Below, piece after piece: positions 41,668 through 50,696 of a stretch of DNA of 64,000 bases. The first letter of the stretch is position 1. Every line of letters starts with the position of its first letter. This DNA is from Hormoscilla sp. GTDB taxonomy: Bacteria; Cyanobacteriota; Cyanobacteriia; Cyanobacteriales; Desertifilaceae. The stretch is from the NCBI GenBank assembly GCA_051439505.1, contig JBFRWI010000070.1:1-64000 (forward strand), written 5' to 3'. The translations under genes were made by a program, and so were the position numbers. The notes under the pieces were generated by a model. It was not told where the DNA came from. It saw only the letters and a program-made list of their open reading frames with translations, and did no database searches.

Positions 41668-41834
41668 GAGAGGTTTTAAACCCCAAGCGAGAGGTTTTAA
41701 ACCCCAACGGAGACGTTTAAAACCTCAACCGAGACGTTTTAAACCCCGACCGAGACGTTTTAAACCTCAAGCGAGAGGTCTCAAACCCCAAGCGAGACGT
41801 TTTAAACCTCAACGGAGACGTTGTAAACCCCAAC
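41668..41834. repeat. 21-bp tandem array x8 (GAGASGTTTTAAACCYCAASS)
   Basis: Eight imperfect contiguous units. Confidence 0.9.
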
Positions 41835-41908
41835 AGTAGGGCACTGGTAGGGTGCGATCGCCCGCCAGTGAGGTCAGTTGGCTGGCTGGTAGGGTGCGAT
41901 CGCCCGAT

Positions 41909-41998
41909 GCATGTAATCTAGCCCGCGTAGGCAGGCTTTGTTCGTGTAGCCGGGCCCTTCAGGGTTCGGTCTCCCAGCAACGGGTTTTGACCACACCC
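41909..41998. mobile_element. Partial MITE (right end CAACGGGTTTTGACCACACCC), homologous to 46502-46646
   Basis: Shared internal GCTTTGTTCGTGTAGCCGGGCCCTT.AGGGTTCGG and right terminus; left end not recognisable. Confidence 0.7.
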
Positions 41999-42233
41999 CT
42001 GGTAGGGTGCGATCGCCTGCCGGTGAGGTCAACAACATCTCTTCCTTTCGCACTTCTTCAATTTCACCGCTCATATTACTATCCTTGGTTATCCGCATAT
42101 AGCGTCGATCAAATGGATTTGAGAATAGGGGGGTTTCAGCAAATACATCCCGTACGGGGCGATCGCCTCTTTGTCAAGTAACATGGGAACATGGGATACT
42201 CCCAGAGTATCTGCATGCCCGAGAACTCCGTGC

Positions 42234-43505
42234 TTATTCCAGATAAGGTTTAATATCTTTATAAATCTGCTTGGCAATTATTAAGTTACCATTTGGAGAA
42301 ACATGACAAAAGTCAATATAGATGTACTCGTCACGTGAAAACATATCTGTGTAATCTACTATCCACTTATGTCCGCGCTTTCGTATAACATCTTTAATCA
42401 GTGGATACACAGTTTTGTACTGTAATCCCCTTTCATTTTCCCATTCATCAAAGTTTAGATGAGTTAATTTTGGGTTGCCAACATAAGCAACGGGTTGCAA
42501 TATAGCCAAGAATTTTATTCCGCGTGCTTCTGCTAGATCGTGAGCGATTTCCCAATTGTTAACAATTGACTCTGCTGCATTTTGAGCTAGTTCCTCTGAA
42601 TTATCGCACACATAAGCGCCATCAACAGAACCTTTTACTTTTATTGATTCACCTTCATCATTTTCCACCACCGACTGAACACCGAATATCTTTCTCTTAA
42701 TTTTTGCAGCTAAGCTTCTGGTCCCAAACAAGAAAGAAAAATCCAGGTATTGTAAAAATTCACTCCCATTCAAATGTAGCTTTACCTTCTCATTTGTCAG
42801 CCAATTTTCCTCCTTCCCTGCAAAAACTTTCCTTGTCATCCGTTTTCTAAAATCATCCGTATAATAATGTTCGTTAACTTCAAGCTCAGGACTACAATTA
42901 GCTGTAACATCGTTAACCCCATCGTAAAATATGACAATATCAATCTGTTCTCCTTCAGCTAAAAGATTGACTAATCTAGCAATGCCTTGACGGCTATTAA
43001 AGCCTCGCTCTCCCTTGTTGTAAGACGGCATTCCTGAAATTGAACTAAACAGAGCAGGAATAGTGCCATTATCTGGCGCACCTTCACCCCACATTGTCGA
43101 TCCCCCAAAAAAGTAAACTGATTTATTACTCTTCTCTCCACCACGAACATTCTCATGAACCCTATCTCCATTATTATCGATCGTTATTGTTTTACCTTGA
43201 AAAGGTTTCATACTCCATCCAATATATGCTTCGTATGAGTATGAATTAAAATTCTGCACGAATTCTTGAGAATGGATTTTCATCAATTCTCTGTCATTAT
43301 CATAATTAGGGAGAGTATACGTCTCTATATATGGTAGAGCTTGCTCCTCTATCTTCTCATCCTGCTTTTCAGTATTTGCTTTTAATAGCAACATTCTTAT
43401 TTCTCCACTCACCAATAGTACCGCACTGCTCAAAAAATTTAGACTCGAAATGATTATAGCAGTTACCGCCATATTTATCAATACTAAACGAATCTTATCC
43501 TTCAT
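42234..43505 (-). CDS. SGNH/GDSL hydrolase family protein with N-terminal anchor, AT-rich
   Basis: FFGGSTMWG, YDGVND, DFCH..GN. Confidence 0.88.
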   Translation of the reverse strand: MKDKIRLVLINMAVTAIIISSLNFLSSAVLLVSGEIRMLLLKANTEKQDEKIEEQALPYIETYTLPNYDNDRELMKIHSQEFVQNFNSYSYEAYIGWSMKPFQGKTITIDNNGDRVHENVRGGEKSNKSVYFFGGSTMWGEGAPDNGTIPALFSSISGMPSYNKGERGFNSRQGIARLVNLLAEGEQIDIVIFYDGVNDVTANCSPELEVNEHYYTDDFRKRMTRKVFAGKEENWLTNEKVKLHLNGSEFLQYLDFSFLFGTRSLAAKIKRKIFGVQSVVENDEGESIKVKGSVDGAYVCDNSEELAQNAAESIVNNWEIAHDLAEARGIKFLAILQPVAYVGNPKLTHLNFDEWENERGLQYKTVYPLIKDVIRKRGHKWIVDYTDMFSRDEYIYIDFCHVSPNGNLIIAKQIYKDIKPYLE

Positions 43506-43506
43506 T

Positions 43507-43797
43507 TTTTCATCCCTCCTGATTTTTTATTTTCACTTTCGTTCTGTCTGTTTTCAACCCCACTCGCTCGCACATTAGCATATAAATACCAGACCTCACC
43601 CGCCTCTATCCACCGGCACTAGCTATAGTTCCAAGCCGCGCTAGCCTGATGCCAATTTTCATCCCTCCTAATTTTAACTTCCATTATGTCTGTTGTCAAC
43701 CCCATTCGAGCATACTCTAGCAGACTTTGACCAGACCTCACCCTCCCTTAACCACTGGCAGTAGCTAGGGGTCAAAGCAGCGCCAGGCTGATGCTAA
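43507..43797. repeat. Degenerate tandem duplication (about 145 bp x2) of the SGNH gene leader including the RBS
   Basis: TTTTCATCCCTCCT at 43507 and 43656; CCAGACCTCACCC and CTGATGC in both copies. Confidence 0.85.
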
Positions 43798-43839
43798 TAA
43801 ACATATAATAGCATAAAGCTATAATATCCTTTTGTAGCT

Positions 43840-45702
43840 ATGGGAGAGAACGAACGGATGCAAGTACTTGGCATATCAGCATTTTACCATGACAGCGCTG
43901 CTGCCTTAGTTGGTGACGGGCAGATTACAGCCGCCGCCCAGGAAGAACGCTTTTCCCGGAAAAAGCATGATGCGAGGTTTCCCGCGAGGGCAATATCCTA
44001 CTGTCTGTCAGCAGGAGGATTGCGCCTGCTTGATTTAGATTATATTGTATTTTACGACAAACCCCTGGTCAAGTTCGAGCGACTGCTGGAAACCTATCTA
44101 GCTTATGCCCCCAAAGGGTTTCGTTCCTTTTTAGCTGCCATGCCCGTCTGGCTGAAGGAAAAGCTTTACCTGAAAAGTCTCCTGAAAACAGAACTGGCAA
44201 CCCTGGCAGGTAGCAAAATCTTGCCCCCATTACTGTTCACCGAACATCACCAGTCCCACGCCGCCTCGGCCTTTTTCCCCAGTCCCTTTGCCCGGGCAGG
44301 GGTTCTCTGTCTGGATGGCGTGGGTGAATGGGCCACAACTACGGCCTGGTTGGGTGAGGGAAACCAGTTAACTCCAAGTTGGGAAATTGATTTTCCTCAC
44401 TCCCTGGGTTTACTATACTCCGCTTTTACCTACTATACTGGCTTTAAGGTTAACTCTGGCGAGTATAAACTGATGGGTTTGGCTCCCTACGGCCAACCTA
44501 AATATGTAGACCCGATCCTCAATCACTTGATCGATGTTAAACCCGATGGCACCTTCCGGTTGAATATGGACTATTTTAACTATACTACGGGTCTGACTAT
44601 GACTAACCAGAAGTTTCATAAGTTATTTGGGGGTCCGCCGCGTCAACCAGAAAGCAAACTTACTCAGCGGGAGATGGATATTGCTAGTTCGATCCAGTGG
44701 GTGACAGAAGAAATAGTGCTGCGCCTCGCGAAAACTGTTCGCAAGTCTCTAGATGTCGATCGCCTTTGCCTTGCTGGTGGTGTGGCCCTCAACTGCGTTG
44801 CTAATGGACGAATTTTGCGGGCAGGCATTTTTGAAGATATCTGGGTTCAACCTGCTGCTGGTGATGCTGGCGGGGCTTTGGGCGCTGCTTTGGCAGTCTG
44901 GCATCAATACTGCGATCGCCCTCGCGAACCAAAAAGTGAATCCATAGGGCAAGATAAGATGCAGGGTGCTTATCTGGGACCGAGTTTCACAGAAGAGGAG
45001 ATTCTGGATTATCTGAAATTAGTGAGAGCCCCTTTTCACCGGTTAGATGATGCCCGGTTGATGCCCGAAGTGGCAGAAATTTTAGCCCAAGGAAATGTGG
45101 TGGGTTGGTTTACCGGACGGATGGAATTCGGTCCCCGGGCCCTGGGAGGCCGATCGATCCTTGGGGATCCCCGCAGTGAGAAGATGCAGTCGGTGATGAA
45201 CCTGAAAATTAAATACCGGGAATCTTTTCGACCTTTTGCTCCTTCTGTGTTGGCCGAACGAGTCTCGGATTATTTTGAACTGGACTCCTCTAGCCCTTAC
45301 ATGCTGATAGTAGCTCCTGTCAAGGAAAATCTCCACGTTCCCATGACGGCAGCACAGCAGCAACTGTTGGGGTTCGATCGCCTGAAAGTGGCCCGATCGC
45401 AAATTCCCGCCGTCACCCACGTAGATTATACTGCCAGAGTGCAAACGGTTCACAAGCAAACCAATCCTCGCTATTATGAGTTAATCCGTCATTTTGAGGA
45501 ACTGACTGGCTGTGCAGTGCTGGTGAATACATCCTTTAACGTCCGGGGAGAACCGATCGTCTGCACTCCCGAAGACGCCTACCGCTGCTTTATGCGCACG
45601 GAAATGGATTATCTGGTACTGGAAAATCTCTTGCTGGCCAAGTTCGAGCAGCCAGCTTGGGAAAAGGATGAAGCTTGGCAAAAGGAATTTGAACTAGATT
45701 AA
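43840..45702 (+). CDS. NodU/CmcH family carbamoyltransferase (SxtI-like)
   Basis: FYHDSAAAL, QEERFSRKKHD, EHHQSHAASAF, GEYKLMGLAPYG, EFGPRALG, NTSFNVRGEP. Confidence 0.95.
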   Translation: MGENERMQVLGISAFYHDSAAALVGDGQITAAAQEERFSRKKHDARFPARAISYCLSAGGLRLLDLDYIVFYDKPLVKFERLLETYLAYAPKGFRSFLAAMPVWLKEKLYLKSLLKTELATLAGSKILPPLLFTEHHQSHAASAFFPSPFARAGVLCLDGVGEWATTTAWLGEGNQLTPSWEIDFPHSLGLLYSAFTYYTGFKVNSGEYKLMGLAPYGQPKYVDPILNHLIDVKPDGTFRLNMDYFNYTTGLTMTNQKFHKLFGGPPRQPESKLTQREMDIASSIQWVTEEIVLRLAKTVRKSLDVDRLCLAGGVALNCVANGRILRAGIFEDIWVQPAAGDAGGALGAALAVWHQYCDRPREPKSESIGQDKMQGAYLGPSFTEEEILDYLKLVRAPFHRLDDARLMPEVAEILAQGNVVGWFTGRMEFGPRALGGRSILGDPRSEKMQSVMNLKIKYRESFRPFAPSVLAERVSDYFELDSSSPYMLIVAPVKENLHVPMTAAQQQLLGFDRLKVARSQIPAVTHVDYTARVQTVHKQTNPRYYELIRHFEELTGCAVLVNTSFNVRGEPIVCTPEDAYRCFMRTEMDYLVLENLLLAKFEQPAWEKDEAWQKEFELD

Positions 45703-45706
45703 ATCT

Positions 45707-46111
45707 ATGGAAGCAATTGTCAAACTGGACAAAAAAGGACTGCGTGACTTTGGACTAATCTTCGGATTAATGATCGGGCTAGTATTTGGGATCCTCGGAC
45801 CCTTACTATGGCGTCATGCCTTACCCATTTGGCCCTGGATACCCGCAGTCATCTTCTGGGTTTGGGCATTATTAGCACCCCAAACCCTCAATCCAGTCTA
45901 TCAAGTTTGGATGCGCATTGCGCTAGTCTTGGGATGGATTAACACGCGGTTGATTTTGGGAATTATCTTTTATCTGCTCCTCACGCCGATGGGAATCATC
46001 AGGCGGACGATGGGTAGCGATCCGATGCGTCGAGAGTGGAAGCGCCATGTCGAGTCCTATAGCATTCCCTCTCAAATGAGAACCATAGAAAGTATGGAGC
46101 GACCTTTTTAA
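45707..46111 (+). CDS. SxtJ family membrane protein
   Basis: LRDFGL, LNPVYQVWM..LGWINTRLIL, C-terminal MERPF. Confidence 0.88.
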   Translation: MEAIVKLDKKGLRDFGLIFGLMIGLVFGILGPLLWRHALPIWPWIPAVIFWVWALLAPQTLNPVYQVWMRIALVLGWINTRLILGIIFYLLLTPMGIIRRTMGSDPMRREWKRHVESYSIPSQMRTIESMERPF

Positions 46112-46275
46112 TGTGGGAAACGACTGTTGATTTGTTGAAGGATCTGTGGGAATTTCTGCGGGAACGGAAAAAGTATTGGTTATTACCTTTGATTATCAGT
46201 TTAGTCATGGTGGGGGCCTTAATTGTCCTCAGTCAGGCTTCTGTTATCGCTCCGTTTATCTATACTCTCTTTTGA
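46111..46275 (+). CDS. SxtK-like (DUF5989) 54-aa membrane protein, absent from ORF track
   Basis: MWETTVDLLKDLWEFLRERKKYWLLPLIISLVMVGALIVLSQASVIAPFIYTLF; TAATG coupling with the SxtJ-like gene. Confidence 0.9.
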   Translation: MWETTVDLLKDLWEFLRERKKYWLLPLIISLVMVGALIVLSQASVIAPFIYTLF

Positions 46276-46501
46276 GAGGCGAAAACCAGCTATTTGCAGA
46301 GAAACCCGGTTTCTGGCCCCCCACCCGGTCATGGGCCATCCAGTTTTGAGCATCTGTCGAACTCACGTCAAACTGCGTTTTTACCGAACAGTACAGAATT
46401 TCCGGAGCGTGGGGGGGAATAATTGAGAGGTCTTTGTGTAGTTAAAAGTAAGTCCCCCCCCCGTTCGCGCTACGCGAACGGGGGGGGGATCCAGTGATTT
46501 C

Positions 46502-46646
46502 GGGTGTGGTCAAAAGTAGTTGATAGCCAGGTACATGTATAGCCCGCGCAGGCGGTTGCCGCGCTGCGCTCGCAATGACATTGCTTTGTTCGTGTAGCCG
46601 GGCCCTTTAGGGTTCGGGCTACTACCAACGGGTTTTGACCACACCC
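46502..46646. mobile_element. MITE, 14-bp perfect TIR GGGTGTGGTCAAAA, 9-bp target duplication AGTGATTTC
   Basis: TSD at 46493-46501 and 46647-46655. Confidence 0.9.
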
Positions 46647-46832
46647 AGTGATTTCTCCTACTGCTTCAGTCAGGGATCCCCCACGCTGCGCGAAAAATCG
46701 CTCCGGACACCAAATTCCCACTCATGCGCAATTCGATCCCTTTGGGAGCATAGTCAGGGGTTAGATCGACTATGATCTAAAAGTGACCATGGTTTTTGGG
46801 AAGCTTGTATACCTCATTCTATCACAGATATT

Positions 46833-48335
46833 ATGACTGACAAACTCATAGGCGGACACTACCGGCTCGTAAAACAATGGCGGGATAACAATTCATGCCA
46901 AACCCATCTGGCGGAAGATACTCATCTGCAAGGCAAATATTGTGTTGTCAAGAAACTTCAGTTAGAGGAACCAGCATTATCCTCTAATCAAATATACAGA
47001 AACTTGTTCGATCGGGAAGTTCAAACTCTTTACGCCTTAGGGGAACATCCCCAGATCCCCGAACTCAAGGCGCATTTTAACGAAGATGAAGTAGTCTATC
47101 TGGTTCAGGAGTTGATAGAGGGCGAGGATCTCAGTAAAAGCGAAATCCCACATCAGCAGTGGACTGAGTCCCAGGTAATTGACTTTTTGGTCGATGTCTT
47201 AGACATTCTCGTCTTTGTCCACGATCGCAATGTCATTCACCGCGATATTAAACCCTCCAATTTAATCCGCCGCAAGTCAGATGGCAAGATCGTTTTGATT
47301 GATTTTGGGGCGGTCAAGCACATTGCCACTAATATCCAGAATTATGGCACCATTGTTGGTACTCCTGGCTATATGCCGCCGGAACAACACATAGGACAAC
47401 CTCAATTTTCTAGCGATATCTATGCTTTGGGCATGACGGCCATCGCTGCGTTGACCGGGGTTGGACCTAATCATTTAGACCGCGATGCTGAAAGGGAGGT
47501 GGTCTGGCGCGATCGGGCTTCCGTTAGCCCTGGGTTGGCTGATATTTTAGATAAAATGGTGCGCAACAACTGTAATCAACGCTACCAAACTGCTCGGGAG
47601 GTGCTTGATGATTTACAAAAGTTAAAACAACAGCCTCCTCCTTCAGATCCACTTCCTAATGGTTCTTCTTCTCCTTTTCCTTGGAAGAAATATGTCGGGG
47701 TGGCGATCGCAGTTGCTGCTCTCCTTGGTGTTAGCTTATCTTTGATTATTTCCCGTGTTAACCGCGCTGCCGAGGCGATCGCTCATTATAATGAAGCCAA
47801 TCAGCTCATCGATCGAGAGAAATATGAAGAGGCGATCGCTGCTTTTGATGCGGCCCTGGAAATTCAGTCTGATTTTGCCGAAGCTTGGGCCGATCGGGGT
47901 TATGCTCTCGGTCAGTTAGGTCAACAGCAAGACAAGTTTTCTTCATGCGATCGGGCCATTCTCTTAGAGCCCCATCTGACCGAAGCTTGGAATTGTCGGG
48001 GACTAGCGCGACATAGTTTAGAGCAATACGAAGAAGCTATCAAGGACTACGAGGAAGCCCTGACAACCAACCCCAACTTCTCCGCTGCCTGGTATAACAA
48101 AGGAGAAACTTTATTGCAGATCCAGCAACATCGAAAAGCTCTGAGATCCTTGAACGAAGCCATAGACATTGATCCTGACTACCTTTTTGCCTGGAACCTT
48201 AAATGCAAAGCCCATTATGAATTGGAAGAATACTCAGAAGCCCTTGCAGCCTGCGAACAAGCTCTGGAAATCGACCCGAACTACGAACCAGCAAAGCAGA
48301 GACTCACATGGGTGCGGCAGAAGCTGGATAAATAG
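46833..48335 (+). CDS. Ser/Thr protein kinase with TM segment and TPR repeats
   Basis: CVVKKL, HRDIKPSN, DFG, GTPGYMPPEQ, SDIYALG; TPRs. Confidence 0.93.
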   Translation: MTDKLIGGHYRLVKQWRDNNSCQTHLAEDTHLQGKYCVVKKLQLEEPALSSNQIYRNLFDREVQTLYALGEHPQIPELKAHFNEDEVVYLVQELIEGEDLSKSEIPHQQWTESQVIDFLVDVLDILVFVHDRNVIHRDIKPSNLIRRKSDGKIVLIDFGAVKHIATNIQNYGTIVGTPGYMPPEQHIGQPQFSSDIYALGMTAIAALTGVGPNHLDRDAEREVVWRDRASVSPGLADILDKMVRNNCNQRYQTAREVLDDLQKLKQQPPPSDPLPNGSSSPFPWKKYVGVAIAVAALLGVSLSLIISRVNRAAEAIAHYNEANQLIDREKYEEAIAAFDAALEIQSDFAEAWADRGYALGQLGQQQDKFSSCDRAILLEPHLTEAWNCRGLARHSLEQYEEAIKDYEEALTTNPNFSAAWYNKGETLLQIQQHRKALRSLNEAIDIDPDYLFAWNLKCKAHYELEEYSEALAACEQALEIDPNYEPAKQRLTWVRQKLDK

Positions 48336-48493
48336 TGTTATCCTGGCGATCTTGTTCTAATTTGAGGAACCCGGTCGAGCAGTTACCGGGTTTCCCATTT
48401 GATATCATCCCCTCGACTCCGCTCGGGGACCACCGGGATATTTTTGTTCATTTACAGATGGAAGTTTTTTTTACGCTCAACTCGATCGCCATT

Positions 48494-49021
48494 TTATCTA
48501 AACAGCATCGTCCAGAATGGCACTCTGCCGATGCGTCGATGATCTCCCCGTTCCTGTGAAAATGCTGTCTTTAACTTACTATCGAGAATGCTGTCGAGAA
48601 CCTTTTCGCTCTCCTCCTGGCTATAGTTGGAAGCAAGAGTAAATAACCTGCGGCTGCAACTTGTTTCTTCTGAATTTGACTCTACCTCTACCTCTACACA
48701 TATTGCCGGTCTATTAATTCCCGGCATCTTGTGAACATTGAATGATGACCCCTGACCACCGCCATCGTAGTAACTCTGCAACTTTTTCGATACCTCTTGA
48801 CAGAGTTGTTCTGGACTCTGATTATGGAACCAAGGATCTGCTTGCCAGTGAAAAACTGCCTGACTTTTTGCCTGGGAATCTGTCGCCATGGTGGTCGGGA
48901 TGCCATTGCGCATCTCGCAGGTAAATTTGATGCCAGGGGACTGGGACTGACCTATGGCTGAGGCAGCACTCATAATGATGACCGCTCCTGCTAGTACCGG
49001 CGACCATAATTTCATTTTCAT
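48494..49021 (-). CDS. COP23-domain secreted protein
   Basis: Signal peptide; FTCE..GIPTTMA, HW..PEQLCQEVS.KLQ, PAIC, LFTL. Confidence 0.75.
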   Translation of the reverse strand: MKMKLWSPVLAGAVIIMSAASAIGQSQSPGIKFTCEMRNGIPTTMATDSQAKSQAVFHWQADPWFHNQSPEQLCQEVSKKLQSYYDGGGQGSSFNVHKMPGINRPAICVEVEVESNSEETSCSRRLFTLASNYSQEESEKVLDSILDSKLKTAFSQERGDHRRIGRVPFWTMLFR

Positions 49022-49243
49022 CTGATTTCCTCCAGATGACTGCTGTTTTTAACTCTATTCTATCTGATTTATTGTGTTGAGAGCGCTGATTTATGCACAA
49101 ACTCGGAGCGGGGAATGGCCGATCTGCTCTGATCGTGACCTAATCTGGCCCCAAAACTGACTGCCCGATCACGCTCGGCTGACCGATCCTGAGCTTCTTC
49201 TATGATATCTCACGCCTTCAAAGAAGTCAAGTCGGCTTTGTCG

Positions 49244-49325
49244 GGGTGTGGTTGGTAGGGTGGGCCGCACCCACTGTCATTCGCCGGTGCGGCCTTCAAC
49301 TCCCAACTGGTGCAAGACCACACCC
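49244..49325. mobile_element. Short MITE, GGGTGTGGT/ACCACACCC ends, 9-bp target duplication GCTTTGTCG
   Basis: TSD at 49235-49243 and 49326-49334. Confidence 0.8.
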
Positions 49326-49810
49326 GCTTTGTCGGCATCAAGGTAACTTACTATAGGATCTGTGAAGCTGACTATACGACAAATACCCTCGATCTGATAT
49401 CTGGCAGTTTTGCCAACGGAGCGCTCAAACCCCCTTGTACTCAAGTTTTCCCCTCATTTCTAGGTCGAACTAACTGGTGCCAGACCACGGTTATGGATCG
49501 TAAAAATAGGTTTTTCCCCAAAATGGCCTTTTTTGTTCGCTCTCTCAATATAGGAAGAGAGGAAGGGCAACCTCCCTCACAGGGGTATGTTTTTTATATT
49601 TGCTTAATTTTTGTTTGCCGAAAGTAGGAAAGTGGGTGAGTGGGAGCAACAAAAGTGAACATTTGTCTATACTTTTGGCAGCCAATTTACCACTATTAAC
49701 TACGAACTACGAACTACGAACTACCCCTGTAAAGGGCAACACCCCGGGAGCGCTAGTGTCAGCGTCAGGCGTAGGCGATCGGTTACCACCGGTTGAAACC
49801 AGTTCTAGTT

Positions 49811-49961
49811 GGGTGTGGTCAAAACCCGTTGATCGAACATCGCATACCCCAGTCGCCGGATCCCCCCAAACCCCCCTTAGAAAGGGGGGCGCGCCGGTTG
49901 CCCCCCCTTTTGGAAGGGGGGGTTTGGGGGGGATCCCTTACAACTACTTTTGACCACACCC
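49811..49961. mobile_element. MITE, same termini as the 46502 element in opposite orientation, 9-bp target duplication GTTCTAGTT
   Basis: TSD at 49802-49810 and 49962-49970; internal G/C-run palindrome. Confidence 0.9.
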
Positions 49962-50438
49962 GTTCTAGTTCTGCCACCGTGCCTGCGGCCTGCTGTCATT
50001 TATTTTCGCCATGCTGCACCAGGAGCACAAAAGGGGGGGATACAGCTAGTATCCTGAGCCCAGGGCCAACTCTCAAGCAGCACTAGGTTTTTCCGACTAA
50101 CAGCACTAGGTTTTTCCGAAACTGCCTAATGGCGGGGATCTGCGGACTGGTGAAAGCCTCCATCTGGTAATTCTCCTACAAGATCGCGATCGCCAGGAAA
50201 TCTGTCTCTATGAGGTCTCTTGGCCCTGGCGATCGCAAACCTCCCCGCCCGAACCCGTTCCCAGGCAGAGCTGTGGGAACGAGGGGTCCGGCTACAGATA
50301 CAAAGTGCTCTCCTCTCCGCATGCTCTCCTCTCCGCACTCGCTTAAGCGCTCGTGCTTCGGGATGCGCCGCTTTAGCGCTCGTGCTCCGGGATGCGCTGC
50401 CTGCGCGGGCTATATTGCAAAACACCGGATGCACCCCA

Positions 50439-50583
50439 CCTAACCTTCCTTGTCGCTGTTGGGTTTCGCGCTTAGCTTAACCCAACCTACGGTATTAAGT
50501 TGGGTTGAAGCAACGTTACCTAACCTGCCTTGTCGCTGTTGGGTTTCGCGCTTAGCTTAACCCAACCTACGGTGTTAAGTTGG
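50439..50583. repeat. 80-bp tandem duplication of a GTAG-type palindromic repeat
   Basis: Units start at 50439 and 50519. Confidence 0.85.
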
Positions 50584-50696
50584 CGACGGGGCACGAGAAA
50601 AATATTTAGTAAAGTTATCCTGACGAGCTAGTTATCCTGATGATATAGGATATGATATGCTTAGTTCAATCTTCCCTGTAGTTACTGGCTCATAGG

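Noticed and set aside
43840..46275. Saxitoxin biosynthesis cluster
   Set aside because: Only sxtI/J/K-like genes are present; no sxtA, sxtG, sxtB or other core genes in the window
50126..50480. Overlapping Arg/Ala-rich ORFs
   Set aside because: Built from GC-rich repeat fragments (duplicated AGCGCTCGTGCT.CGGGATGCGC and REP pieces); no recognisable protein motifs
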